From a virus (Duplodnaviria > Heunggongvirae > Uroviricota > Caudoviricetes), in IMG/VR virus record IMGVR_UViG_2920292642_000002, positions 83,431 through 128,860 of that record: a DNA stretch of 45,430 bases; one strand, written 5' to 3'. A program made the translations under genes and the position numbers. Every line of letters starts with the position of its first letter. The stretch's first letter is position 1. This document shows, in pieces, positions 23,101 through 31,348 of this stretch. The notes below the pieces were generated by a model. That model did not search any database, had not been told where the DNA came from, and was given only the letters and a program-made list of their open reading frames with translations.

Positions 23101-24878
23101 GTGGCCCGAATGCCGGCATGTCGCTTGCCGAACAGTATGCGTCCTATGGCGCGGGCAAGGCCCAGTCGAATGCCGCGAAGCAGGCGGGCATCACTCGTGC
23201 GCCGCTGCCTGACATTCCGGGCACCAATGTCGCGCCGGCCGGACCGTCCACAAACGATCGTTTCGCGACCGAGCCGGGCTTCGTCAAGCCGATGAAGACG
23301 CTCAACGACGGCGTGCGGGAATTGGATCGCAGCCTCAAGTCCATGCCTGATGGATGGGGACCGGGCGGCATCATCGGCGCGAACACCACGGCGAAGACCA
23401 ACCGTGTCGGCTTTGTTGACCCCGAGCGCTTCGCGCCGGGCGTGAACCCCAACGCAAACCTCGGTCTGCGTGGCGCGATCGATCCTATCACCACGTCGGC
23501 ACTGCCGGCTGGTGGTGGCGTGTCGCCAACCATCAACGGCTTCACCTTCTCGAAGTTCTCGGAGGCGTCGTACCAGCAGATTTCCAACCAACTGATGGAC
23601 CGGTTGAAGCAGGACTTCAACCTGACCGACAATCAGGCTGGTGGCATCGTCGCGAACCTCGCGCACGAGTCCGTAGGCTTCCGCAAGTTGCAGGAAATGA
23701 AGCCGCTGGTTCCGGGCTCGCGTGGTGGTTATGGCATCGCGCAGTGGACCGGTCCGCGTCGTCGCGAGTATGAGGCTTTCGCAGCGCAGGGCGGCTGGAC
23801 GACCGATTCTCCCGAGGCTCAGTACCAGTTCCTCAAGCACGAGTTGATGGGCAAGGAGTCCCGTTCTCTGTCGCACCTGCGTCAGCAGTCCGGCTTGGGC
23901 GAGTCTGTCGTGTCGTTTCAGGACAAGTTCGAGCGGCCGGGCATCCCGCACACGGCAAGCCGTATGACGCACGCCGACCGGATCATGAACGGCTATCAGC
24001 CCGGCACAGGGTTGCAGCCGGGAGTTGACCCGACCGCGACGGCCGGCATCGATCAGATGAAGGCGAAGGTGACTGAGGTTGGACAGGCTGCGCAGCAGGC
24101 CACGCCGGCTATGGACCAGATGAAGTCCAAGCTGAGCGAGACCGGCACGTCGGCGCAGACCGGTGCGTCCCAGACGCAGATGGCCAACCAGATGAAGACC
24201 CAGTCCGAGTTGCAGATGGGCTTGACCGCTCAGCAGACCGGTATTCAGGTCCAGTCGGCGGGCACCATGGCGGCGTCGGCCGGTCCGCAGTTCCAGCAGG
24301 CAGGTACAGCGATCCAGCAGGCCGGTACGCAGGCGCAGATGGGCGCGCAGCAGGCACAGTCCGCAACGCCGGGCCTCGGCCAGTTCGGTCAGGGCATCTC
24401 GCAGCTTCTCGGCCCGCTGTCGTCGGTCATCCCCGGCCTCGGCCAGTTTGGCAGCATGATCTTGCAGCTTCTCCAGCAGTTGATGACTGGTGGTATGGGC
24501 GGCATGGGTGCTGGCCTCTTCTCCGAGGGTGGATACTCCGACTCGCCGGTCACTCGCGCCCGCGTCAGCGCGGCTCCGTTCATGGGTGCTCCGCATTACT
24601 CCGAGGGCACGCCGAACACGAGTGGTGGCATGCCAGCGATCCTGCACGACAATGAGGCGGTGATCCCTCTGACCCGTGGCCGCAAGGTCCCCGTCGAGAT
24701 GAACGAAGGCGATTCTTCGCGAGCCGGTCGTCAAGATTATCTTGACAGAAGTGGTCCACCGAATCTAACGTTCCACCTGCACGGTGTGAAGGACGCCGAC
24801 AGCTTCAAGAGATCGAAGAGCCAGATCGGCAACGCCATGACGACGGTGCAGCAGCGCTCGCGTATCCGCGACGGATAG
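20127..24878 (+). CDS. tape measure protein with phage tail lysozyme domain
   Basis: 1583 aa, Ala/Gly-rich. Tape-measure core (LEQMFSKGTIQMEELRVQLGDHIPG); lysozyme-like GIVANLAHES...GYGIAQWTGPRR...KFERPG (about 23620-23995); C-terminal GEVPAILH-like EAVIPL. Confidence 0.93.
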   Translation: MSDNYNIKIGVDSRSGARGVKQFSSALGEALRTLREFDKRSRSAFDGLKKLASVNIPDIAKKTKAVQKAIETLNRVQINRRMINDLQRLQNALAGFRFNAKAISKVPEALRGLSNLKIDTSFVSTLNQIKAALKGFRGPPKALAQWAGAFTPFAKVKIDSTLAPRLTALKAALKGFPGLPKGLVNLPTFLRGISRNRIPPSVAQGIASLKTALAGFAGPSAAATRNLSALVAALARVSPGHLAQVAAALARLNGLNINVRGLGSMNNAAQRGAGIWTNMGNSIRNTTNAFRGLNNQISLTHHASTLLATALGSVSLGTFVNSVYEAGSALINLKRTMGAIAGTPTEVNDHLSFLKDLTNELPVSLDAVARSYGKFAVAARLSGTSVADTQKVYKGFATALSAMGVSADNQKYAFLALEQMFSKGTIQMEELRVQLGDHIPGVVPMLAEALDVSTSKLLKMIEAGEVGSDALIKLAEVMQSRFGPAVAAAMNTSAAQITSLQNAWTEFKRILFDSGFNAGLGAMARQFAEILRSDDFKKFAADLGRAMGEAFKLIGALGKVLADNRDKVITFAKALAGVMVAYSIVGVLRLLVAPLSVVGGLFSFAATAVRLFGGALALLAGGKAVAAVANIAKSIGVLTGKVMAAVAAFGLLAILSNEILGDGKLAASFGNMLDAFGKRVGKMIGEMTGGVTEMFDLSGVDGFSEYMKEADEYAKKIQDANQINAESIEKNAERYAKLEEQKKRALTTEQQKLWDEINAIGKANEEYQKQLLLIDEIAKKRGFDPKSAEVDRWRKMLAENTLDDRNPAGAMARDYRQELAMMKAKTAEQKALASAQEDYNELLKKGQDVGKEGLEALRQYHEGIARMNGEIGNGVERWAASVGDFNDQVQEAIKDGISSLSDEITNFVTGAEADFASLGRSILKTFVKISLDSMLKDIAGWMGMDGEKKGASMAEKAMEKLAGIGENITTAMTNVYTNGLTINGEPVTGAGGGPNAGMSLAEQYASYGAGKAQSNAAKQAGITRAPLPDIPGTNVAPAGPSTNDRFATEPGFVKPMKTLNDGVRELDRSLKSMPDGWGPGGIIGANTTAKTNRVGFVDPERFAPGVNPNANLGLRGAIDPITTSALPAGGGVSPTINGFTFSKFSEASYQQISNQLMDRLKQDFNLTDNQAGGIVANLAHESVGFRKLQEMKPLVPGSRGGYGIAQWTGPRRREYEAFAAQGGWTTDSPEAQYQFLKHELMGKESRSLSHLRQQSGLGESVVSFQDKFERPGIPHTASRMTHADRIMNGYQPGTGLQPGVDPTATAGIDQMKAKVTEVGQAAQQATPAMDQMKSKLSETGTSAQTGASQTQMANQMKTQSELQMGLTAQQTGIQVQSAGTMAASAGPQFQQAGTAIQQAGTQAQMGAQQAQSATPGLGQFGQGISQLLGPLSSVIPGLGQFGSMILQLLQQLMTGGMGGMGAGLFSEGGYSDSPVTRARVSAAPFMGAPHYSEGTPNTSGGMPAILHDNEAVIPLTRGRKVPVEMNEGDSSRAGRQDYLDRSGPPNLTFHLHGVKDADSFKRSKSQIGNAMTTVQQRSRIRDG
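24730..24771 (+). promoter_or_regulatory. internal palindrome plus promoter inside the 3' end of the TMP gene
   Basis: GTCAAG ATTAT CTTGAC; TTGACA-N18-TAACGT, about 110 nt upstream of the distal tail gene. Confidence 0.65.
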
Positions 24879-24881
24879 TAA

Positions 24882-25487
24882 ATGTTTCACGACGTTAGAT
24901 TCCCAGAAGACATCAGCTATGGATCGAAGGGAGGACCCAAATTCTCCACTTCGGTCATTACGCTCGCCTCCGGCAAGGAGCGCCGCAACATCAACTGGCG
25001 GCTCGCCCGCGCCGAATACGATGTCTCGCACGGCATCAAGGATGAGGCGCAGATGGATGACCTGCGCGACTTCTTCTATGCGCGCGTCGGCATGGCCTAT
25101 TCGTTCCGGTTCAAGGACTGGGGCGACTACAGCGCGATCTCGCAGGAGATCGGCAAGGGAGATGGCACCAAGAAAGAGTTCTTTCTGTCCAAGGGATACC
25201 AGTCCGGCAATTGGAAGTACGTGCGGCCGATCACCAAGCCCGTGGTTGAAACGGTCACTCAGGTTCTGGTCGGTGGATTGCCGGCCGCAGAGTTCACCGT
25301 CGATGGTGCGACCGGAAAGATCACACTTCCCGAGGCTCCGGTCGCGAACGCGAAGGTCGTGGTTCCGTACTTCGAGTTCGATGTTCACGCCCGCTTCGAC
25401 ATCGACCACTTCGACCCGGTTCACGAGTTCTGGCTGACTCAGACTTGGCAGTCGATCCCCGTCATTGAGATCAAGGACGAGGATTGA
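24882..25487 (+). CDS. distal tail protein (DUF2460, RcGTA-like)
   Basis: MFHDVRFPEDISYGSKGGPKFSTSV..LASGKERRNINW...RAEYDV...FRFKDWGDY...FEFDVHARFD. Confidence 0.92.
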   Translation: MFHDVRFPEDISYGSKGGPKFSTSVITLASGKERRNINWRLARAEYDVSHGIKDEAQMDDLRDFFYARVGMAYSFRFKDWGDYSAISQEIGKGDGTKKEFFLSKGYQSGNWKYVRPITKPVVETVTQVLVGGLPAAEFTVDGATGKITLPEAPVANAKVVVPYFEFDVHARFDIDHFDPVHEFWLTQTWQSIPVIEIKDED

Positions 25488-27157
25488 TGCCCAAGAACAT
25501 CACTCCGGCGATGAAGACGCATCTGGCGCAGGACGTGACCACGCTCACGACCTGTTGGAAGATCACACGCACGGACGGCAAGGTCTTCGCCTACACCGAA
25601 CTGGACAAATCACTCACCTACAAAGGCGTGAGGTATTCGTCGATCGGCGGCTTCAACAAGTCGGCGATCCAGTCGACCGCGACCTTCTCCGTTGACAACA
25701 TGGAAGTCTCCGGATTCCTCTCCGACGACACCATCCCCGACGAGGAGATGCGTAACGGAGCCTTCGACTACGCCGAGGTCGAGGTCTTCATGGTCAACTA
25801 CATGGACCTCTCGGCGAACATGGGCGACATCAAGCTGCGCTACGGAAAGTTCGGGGAAGTGAAGCGCGCACCATCCGGCGCGTTTCTGGTCGAGCTTCGC
25901 GGCCTGATCCAGCTTCTCAGTCAGAAGGTCGGCCAGATTTTCCAGCCCGAGTGCCGGGCCGACTTTGGCGACCACCGCTGCAAGATCAACCTGTTCTATC
26001 CGATCCGCAAGAGCGGTTTCTTCTACAAGAAAGGGGAGCGGGTTCGCGTTGCCGACATCTCTTTCGGATACCGGCCGGAGACCAGCATCGGCATCCTGAA
26101 TGACAATTTTCAGGAGGGCGACGTTAAGTGGACCCGCAATTATGGAACCGCAGTCAGCGAGGGAACGCTTCAACTCGACCCTCCGGATGATCAGAAAAAC
26201 TTCATCCGCATCACCGGCATTGAAGCTGGAGGCGGAAACACCACTGGTCTCTGGCAGACGCGCACATTGTTGAGTGACGGAGTCAGTGTAGACGACATCT
26301 CGACGGGTGAATTGAAGCTCAGGGTCGCCGTCACCGCCGCACAACTACAGTACGGCTCCGGATGGCGAGTGGACCTCACCTATTACAGGCTCGACTCGCG
26401 GGGCGGACTTCTCGTGACCACGACGCGTCGGTGGATTCCTCCGCGCGCCATCGTCCTCAATGAGTGGGACGTGTACACCCACGATTTCGATCTGCCACCT
26501 GACACGCGTTCGGTGCAGGTCCGAATCAACACTCACCAGCGCGATGAAGGACAGGCAATCGACTTTGGCATCGCCAAGGTAAAGGGCTCGATCGTCTTTC
26601 CGAACTCGACCAAGACCGAGGTTGAAGACTACGTCTTCTTTGGTGGAGTCGAATACGTCGCTTTGAATGACGGCGTCACGGCAACCGGTCAGCCTGAGTT
26701 TTCCCGGACCCCCGGTGACGAGGTCGTCGACGGGGAAGTCACGTGGCAGTGTGCCGACCCGGTCTATGTCTACATGGACGCAGCGGCCGTCGACGCGACG
26801 CGCTCGGCGACGATCACGGCGGCGACGCTCGATAAGCCGGACGACTATTTCAAGTATGGTGTGATGACCTTCCTCGAAGGGGAGAACATCGGACGGCGTG
26901 TCGAAATCCTTGGATGGAACAACCTCACCAAGGAGTTCAAGCTGGCTCTGCCGATGCCACGCAAGACGCTGGCAGGCGAGCGTTTCCAGATCGCCAGAGG
27001 CTGCGCCAAGACACGACAGGCATGTCGGGCGCACGGCAACATCATCAACATGCGAGCGGAGCCGGACATCCCCGGTATGGGACAGTATTTCCGCGTCGCC
27101 GGAACGGGCACAGGAAGTCCGAAGACGTGGAGAGACGACAGTGACGAAGCCGAGTAG
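25487..27157 (+). CDS. tail hub protein (DUF2163, RcGTA-like) with inserted domain
   Basis: HLAQDVTTLTTCWKITRTDG...CRADFGDHRCKINL...GCAKT...C..HGN..N.R.EPDIPG; 556 aa. Confidence 0.88.
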   Translation: MPKNITPAMKTHLAQDVTTLTTCWKITRTDGKVFAYTELDKSLTYKGVRYSSIGGFNKSAIQSTATFSVDNMEVSGFLSDDTIPDEEMRNGAFDYAEVEVFMVNYMDLSANMGDIKLRYGKFGEVKRAPSGAFLVELRGLIQLLSQKVGQIFQPECRADFGDHRCKINLFYPIRKSGFFYKKGERVRVADISFGYRPETSIGILNDNFQEGDVKWTRNYGTAVSEGTLQLDPPDDQKNFIRITGIEAGGGNTTGLWQTRTLLSDGVSVDDISTGELKLRVAVTAAQLQYGSGWRVDLTYYRLDSRGGLLVTTTRRWIPPRAIVLNEWDVYTHDFDLPPDTRSVQVRINTHQRDEGQAIDFGIAKVKGSIVFPNSTKTEVEDYVFFGGVEYVALNDGVTATGQPEFSRTPGDEVVDGEVTWQCADPVYVYMDAAAVDATRSATITAATLDKPDDYFKYGVMTFLEGENIGRRVEILGWNNLTKEFKLALPMPRKTLAGERFQIARGCAKTRQACRAHGNIINMRAEPDIPGMGQYFRVAGTGTGSPKTWRDDSDEAE

Positions 27158-27566
27158 AGACGAGATAGTCGCGGCGGCGCGTGAATATTTGGGCGTTCCC
27201 TTCAAGAAGGCAGGTCGCGACAAGTTCGGCCTCGATTGCGTCGGCCTGATCATCTTGGCCGGCCGCAATTGCGGTCTCGAAATTTACGACACCACCAAGT
27301 ACACGATGGGTCCTCACCCGGAGTTGCTGCACGAATTTCTATACCCGCAGACCGAGCGACTTCCCGGCAACCGCCTCGTCCACGGCTCGATCGCAATCCT
27401 GCGGGATTCGATCTTCCCGATGCACACCGGGATCATCACCACGGACGGCAGCGAGCCGATGATCATCAATGCGAGCGCCAAGGCGCGTCGCGTGGTCGAG
27501 GAACCCTACAAAATCCACTGGGCAGCCAATCTGGTTGGCATGCGTGACTATAAAGGCATGATCTGA
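27141..27566 (+). CDS. NlpC/P60 tail-associated peptidase
   Basis: IVAAAREYLGVPF...GRDKFGLDCVGL (catalytic Cys); PMHTGI (His); GTG start at 27141. Confidence 0.9.
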   Translation: MTKPSRDEIVAAAREYLGVPFKKAGRDKFGLDCVGLIILAGRNCGLEIYDTTKYTMGPHPELLHEFLYPQTERLPGNRLVHGSIAILRDSIFPMHTGIITTDGSEPMIINASAKARRVVEEPYKIHWAANLVGMRDYKGMI

Positions 27567-30500
27567 ATGCAGCTTGGAGTTCTCTTCGGCGGTCAGCTTC
27601 TTGGCAGCGCGTTTGCCGGCAAGATGCTCATGTTTGGAGCATCGGTCGGCGCTTCGCTGCTGATGCGCCGCAAACAGGAGCCGCAGGGTAAGCTCAACGA
27701 AGTGCGTGTGTCGTCGTCCTCTTACGGACGCACGATCCCGAAGTGCTACGGAACCATCAAGGTCACCGGCAACCTGTTCTGGGCCACCGACTTCGAGGAG
27801 AAGAAGCGCTACATCGGCAAGAAGCAAAGCAGCAAGGGCGCGAGCAAGGGCAAGGCCGTCGAGGTCTACGACTACTACGCCAACTTTGCCATGGCACTGT
27901 GTGAGGGGCCAGTTGGACAGGTCCTGCGCGTCTGGGCCGACAACAACCTCATCTATGACAGGATGAACCCACTCAACCCGGACATTGTCGGTCAGGGTTT
28001 CACCAACCGAGGCCAGCGCGATCAAAAGGCGCAGGGCGGCAAGAAGGGTGGTGGAGAGTCCCACGGCCGCTTCGTTTTCCAATTCTACAACGGCTCTGAG
28101 AACCAGAAGCCAAACGGGTTCATGGTCTCCAAGCAGGGTGCCCAGAACGTTCCGGCGTTTCGGGGCTTGGCCTACCTCTGGTTCATGAAGTTCAAGCTCG
28201 GGGATTTCGGTAATCGCATTCCGACCATCACAGCCGAAATTTCCGTCCGTCCGGAAGTGACCCCGCATCTGCGCATCTTCCAGAACATGGAACCAAAGGC
28301 AAAGACCTCGTTCCGGACGATTTACAACAGGATCGGTTCTGGGCGGGTTGTGGCCGATCCCTTCTACGACCCTGTACGCAAGATGTTCTATCACGAGGCG
28401 ATCGACTCGACGGGACGGTATGTCATCCGAGGATTCAACGTCGACAAGGTCAAAGAGACCGTTCGCTTCTCCTATCAGAAGCCCGACGACAAGCCGTGGC
28501 TCCCGCAGGAGCAGTTGTCGATGTACGGTGATGCGATCACCCGCAACCGATTCAACTACGAGAATATCTGGCAATACTGTGGTGTTGCTGGAAACGGGAA
28601 CCTCGTCTTCACCACCAATCTAGGCCCGTATCCAAATCATAAGGCGATGATCTTCGTCAATCCGAGGTCGAAGGCCATCGAAGGTGTCTATGGCGGGACG
28701 ATCAGTACGCTGTTTCCACCGTACGGCGGTGGTGCGCGATTCCCCGTCTACCATGTTTCCAGTCAGCTAACGAGCCACGAAAACGTTCGAGCCAACAGCA
28801 CGTTCATCGCGGATCAGGAAGGCGTCATCCATGTCATGGATGCTCACGGAACGGGCTTCAACGTAGCCCTTCCGGCTGGATTCAACGCACCAAACTCCGT
28901 CCAGAAAGTGTCTGCCGGCGTTCCGGGGACCAATTACGGGATCATCATCCGCGAGAAGGGACTCTACACCCAGCGCGGACGCGTCTCGACGCTACTGCCC
29001 CGCATGATGACGGTAGGCAGCAAGTCGGATGATGCCACTCCGGACCTCCCCGAGGATCAGAAGGAGTACCCAGTGCAGGAGCCGGCTCGATTCCTGTTCG
29101 AGCTTCCCGGCTGGACCTCCAAGCGAGTCGATAGCGTCCTGTTTGCCGGCTACTGCGCTGCGGCCGATGCCATTGCCGTCCTCGCTACCACGACGGGTAA
29201 TGCGAATCTGGAAAAAGGCCTCTATGCCGCACTGGTACACGCCGATCAGGGTGCAGCGGCAGTCGATGGCACTGAAAACATAATCTATCTCAAGAAGATC
29301 ACTGACAACCAATTTCATTATCCGGAGGGTAACACCCATATGCCGGATTACCTCAGTGGCCCGGTGTACAGATGGATCGTTCCGAATAGTCGAACAGTAT
29401 ATTCGTGGGACTTTGTCGAGGGACGAGGAGACGTATATTCATATGGCACCAAGATGCCATTTTACGGCGATGATATTACGTACCAGTATTACTGGTCCGA
29501 ATATGACGCTGTCCTCTACTTTTCTGAGCAGTACGAGGAAGGTCGTTGGATTCTCGGGCAGTTCCAGAAGTACAACCAGACGGGCATCTCGCTCGCCGAC
29601 ATCGTCGAGGATGTCTGCCTGTCGGTGAACATCCCGAAGTCGCGACTCGATGTCGAACCACTGCGCAGCCAAGGCGTGCGCGGCTACATGATCGAATCCA
29701 CCCTGCAAGCAAGTCAGGTTCTGGAGGAACTTAGCTCGGTCTACATGTTCGACGTTGTCGAGAGCGACAACATCCTCAAATTCAAGTGGCGCGACACCCC
29801 GAGCGTCGTCACCATCCCGCAGTCGAAGCTTGGTGTTGTCGAGACCGACTTCGGCGGCGAGAACGAATACTACCAGATCACCCGCACTCAGGAGATTGAA
29901 CTGCCTGAACGCTGCGTGGTTCAGTACATGAACTCCAAGGAGGACTACGAGGCCGGCTCCGAGCACGCCAAGCGACCACTCCGGCCGCTGCCGGTTATGA
30001 ACTCTCGGGAATCACTCGATCTCACCCTGAACATGGCGCTTGAGCCTAAGGAGGCCAAGACCATGGCCCAGCGCATCCTCTATGCTGCGTGGGCGGAGCG
30101 TGGGCTGGGCGAGTTCGCCCTACCGCGTGACTATTTGTGGCTCGATCCGTCTGACGTGATCACCATCCATCTCGATAATGGTGAAGCCCTCTCCGAACGC
30201 ATCACCGACATCGAGATTGGTGCCAACCTGCAAATGGAGATCAAGACGGTCTCGCAGATCGAGGCTGTGTATTCGACGGTCGCGGATGTTGAACGACGCG
30301 GCGGCATCATCCCCTCCGAGAATACCGTTGCCCCGAACTGCGTGCCCGGCATCTTCAATCTGCCTTATTTGTTCGACGGTGATGCCAACTACGAGGACGG
30401 CACATTCGGGTACTATTGGGCGGCTCTGCCTTACGAAGCCGGATTCCGCGAAGGCATCCTCGTGGCGCGTAATCGCGACTCCTCCGAGGTCGAAGGCACT

Positions 30501-31346
30501 GCCTATGTGGAAGCTCTTTGGGGCTCGATCACCGGAATGGTGCCACCGCCTCCCGTGAGCACTGATGTCACCGACACACAAACCCAGATTACGTTGAAGC
30601 CGACCTATGAGTGGAATGAGCCCGACGTGATCTACACGTGGGACTCTATCCCTGACGACGAATGGCCGAACGACTCCAACATGGTGATCATCGGAGGCGA
30701 GGTCATCCTGTTCAAGAATGTCGTCGAACATGATGACGGATCGGCGACGATCTCGCACCTGATCCGAGGATATCGCGGGACGACCAATGCAGCCTACACG
30801 CATAGGCCGGGCGAGAATTTCGTGCTGGTTACTGCGGACGCGATGCGCATCGCTGATGAGCCGGTCGCCAAGGTTGGGGAAGTTCGCAATTACTCGGTCC
30901 TGTCGTCGGCTCAGATGACGATCGAGACGCCGGCAAACCTGAACGCCGCGTCTCGTCGACCGTGGCCGGTTGGTGGCGTAAAGCGCACCAACAACGTAGT
31001 CGACGACACGATCACAGTGACGTGGAAGCGTTCGACCCGCTTCGGCGGCACGCTGATGAACAGCACAGGCGCAGTCCCTCTCAATGAACAGGAAGAAGAA
31101 TACGAAGTCTTCCTTCTGAAGGCTCCGTTCGACCCGAACACCTTCAACCCTGAAAATGCAGCCATGTATTGGCACGCATCCGGACCCATCTCGACTCAGT
31201 CGTACACCTTTACAAAGGCTGCGTTGGCGGCTGCGGGACTTACGCACAAGTCCGATGTGCACGTCGTAATTTATCAGAACTCTCAGGCAGTCGGACGCGG
31301 CTTCGCACGCGGACTGTCACTCCGGTACTCGATGTTTGGAATTTGA
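27567..31346 (+). CDS. central tail fibre/baseplate hub (RcGTA gp15-like, Phage-tail_3)
   Basis: SSYGRTIPKCYGT..VTGNLFWA; PAFRGLAY...FGNRIP; VFDVVESD; ELPE.C.VQY; YLWLDPSDV; HLIRGYRGT; WKRSTR. Confidence 0.88.
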   Translation: MQLGVLFGGQLLGSAFAGKMLMFGASVGASLLMRRKQEPQGKLNEVRVSSSSYGRTIPKCYGTIKVTGNLFWATDFEEKKRYIGKKQSSKGASKGKAVEVYDYYANFAMALCEGPVGQVLRVWADNNLIYDRMNPLNPDIVGQGFTNRGQRDQKAQGGKKGGGESHGRFVFQFYNGSENQKPNGFMVSKQGAQNVPAFRGLAYLWFMKFKLGDFGNRIPTITAEISVRPEVTPHLRIFQNMEPKAKTSFRTIYNRIGSGRVVADPFYDPVRKMFYHEAIDSTGRYVIRGFNVDKVKETVRFSYQKPDDKPWLPQEQLSMYGDAITRNRFNYENIWQYCGVAGNGNLVFTTNLGPYPNHKAMIFVNPRSKAIEGVYGGTISTLFPPYGGGARFPVYHVSSQLTSHENVRANSTFIADQEGVIHVMDAHGTGFNVALPAGFNAPNSVQKVSAGVPGTNYGIIIREKGLYTQRGRVSTLLPRMMTVGSKSDDATPDLPEDQKEYPVQEPARFLFELPGWTSKRVDSVLFAGYCAAADAIAVLATTTGNANLEKGLYAALVHADQGAAAVDGTENIIYLKKITDNQFHYPEGNTHMPDYLSGPVYRWIVPNSRTVYSWDFVEGRGDVYSYGTKMPFYGDDITYQYYWSEYDAVLYFSEQYEEGRWILGQFQKYNQTGISLADIVEDVCLSVNIPKSRLDVEPLRSQGVRGYMIESTLQASQVLEELSSVYMFDVVESDNILKFKWRDTPSVVTIPQSKLGVVETDFGGENEYYQITRTQEIELPERCVVQYMNSKEDYEAGSEHAKRPLRPLPVMNSRESLDLTLNMALEPKEAKTMAQRILYAAWAERGLGEFALPRDYLWLDPSDVITIHLDNGEALSERITDIEIGANLQMEIKTVSQIEAVYSTVADVERRGGIIPSENTVAPNCVPGIFNLPYLFDGDANYEDGTFGYYWAALPYEAGFREGILVARNRDSSEVEGTAYVEALWGSITGMVPPPPVSTDVTDTQTQITLKPTYEWNEPDVIYTWDSIPDDEWPNDSNMVIIGGEVILFKNVVEHDDGSATISHLIRGYRGTTNAAYTHRPGENFVLVTADAMRIADEPVAKVGEVRNYSVLSSAQMTIETPANLNAASRRPWPVGGVKRTNNVVDDTITVTWKRSTRFGGTLMNSTGAVPLNEQEEEYEVFLLKAPFDPNTFNPENAAMYWHASGPISTQSYTFTKAALAAAGLTHKSDVHVVIYQNSQAVGRGFARGLSLRYSMFGI

Positions 31347-31348
31347 TC

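Noticed and set aside
21063-24734. 1223-aa minus-strand ORF within the tape measure gene
   Set aside because: Antisense shadow; no domain motifs.
27970-27980. CACTCAACCCG as a fifth copy of the 14-mer
   Set aside because: Only 11 nt match and the TCTG 5' part is missing; compatible with chance.
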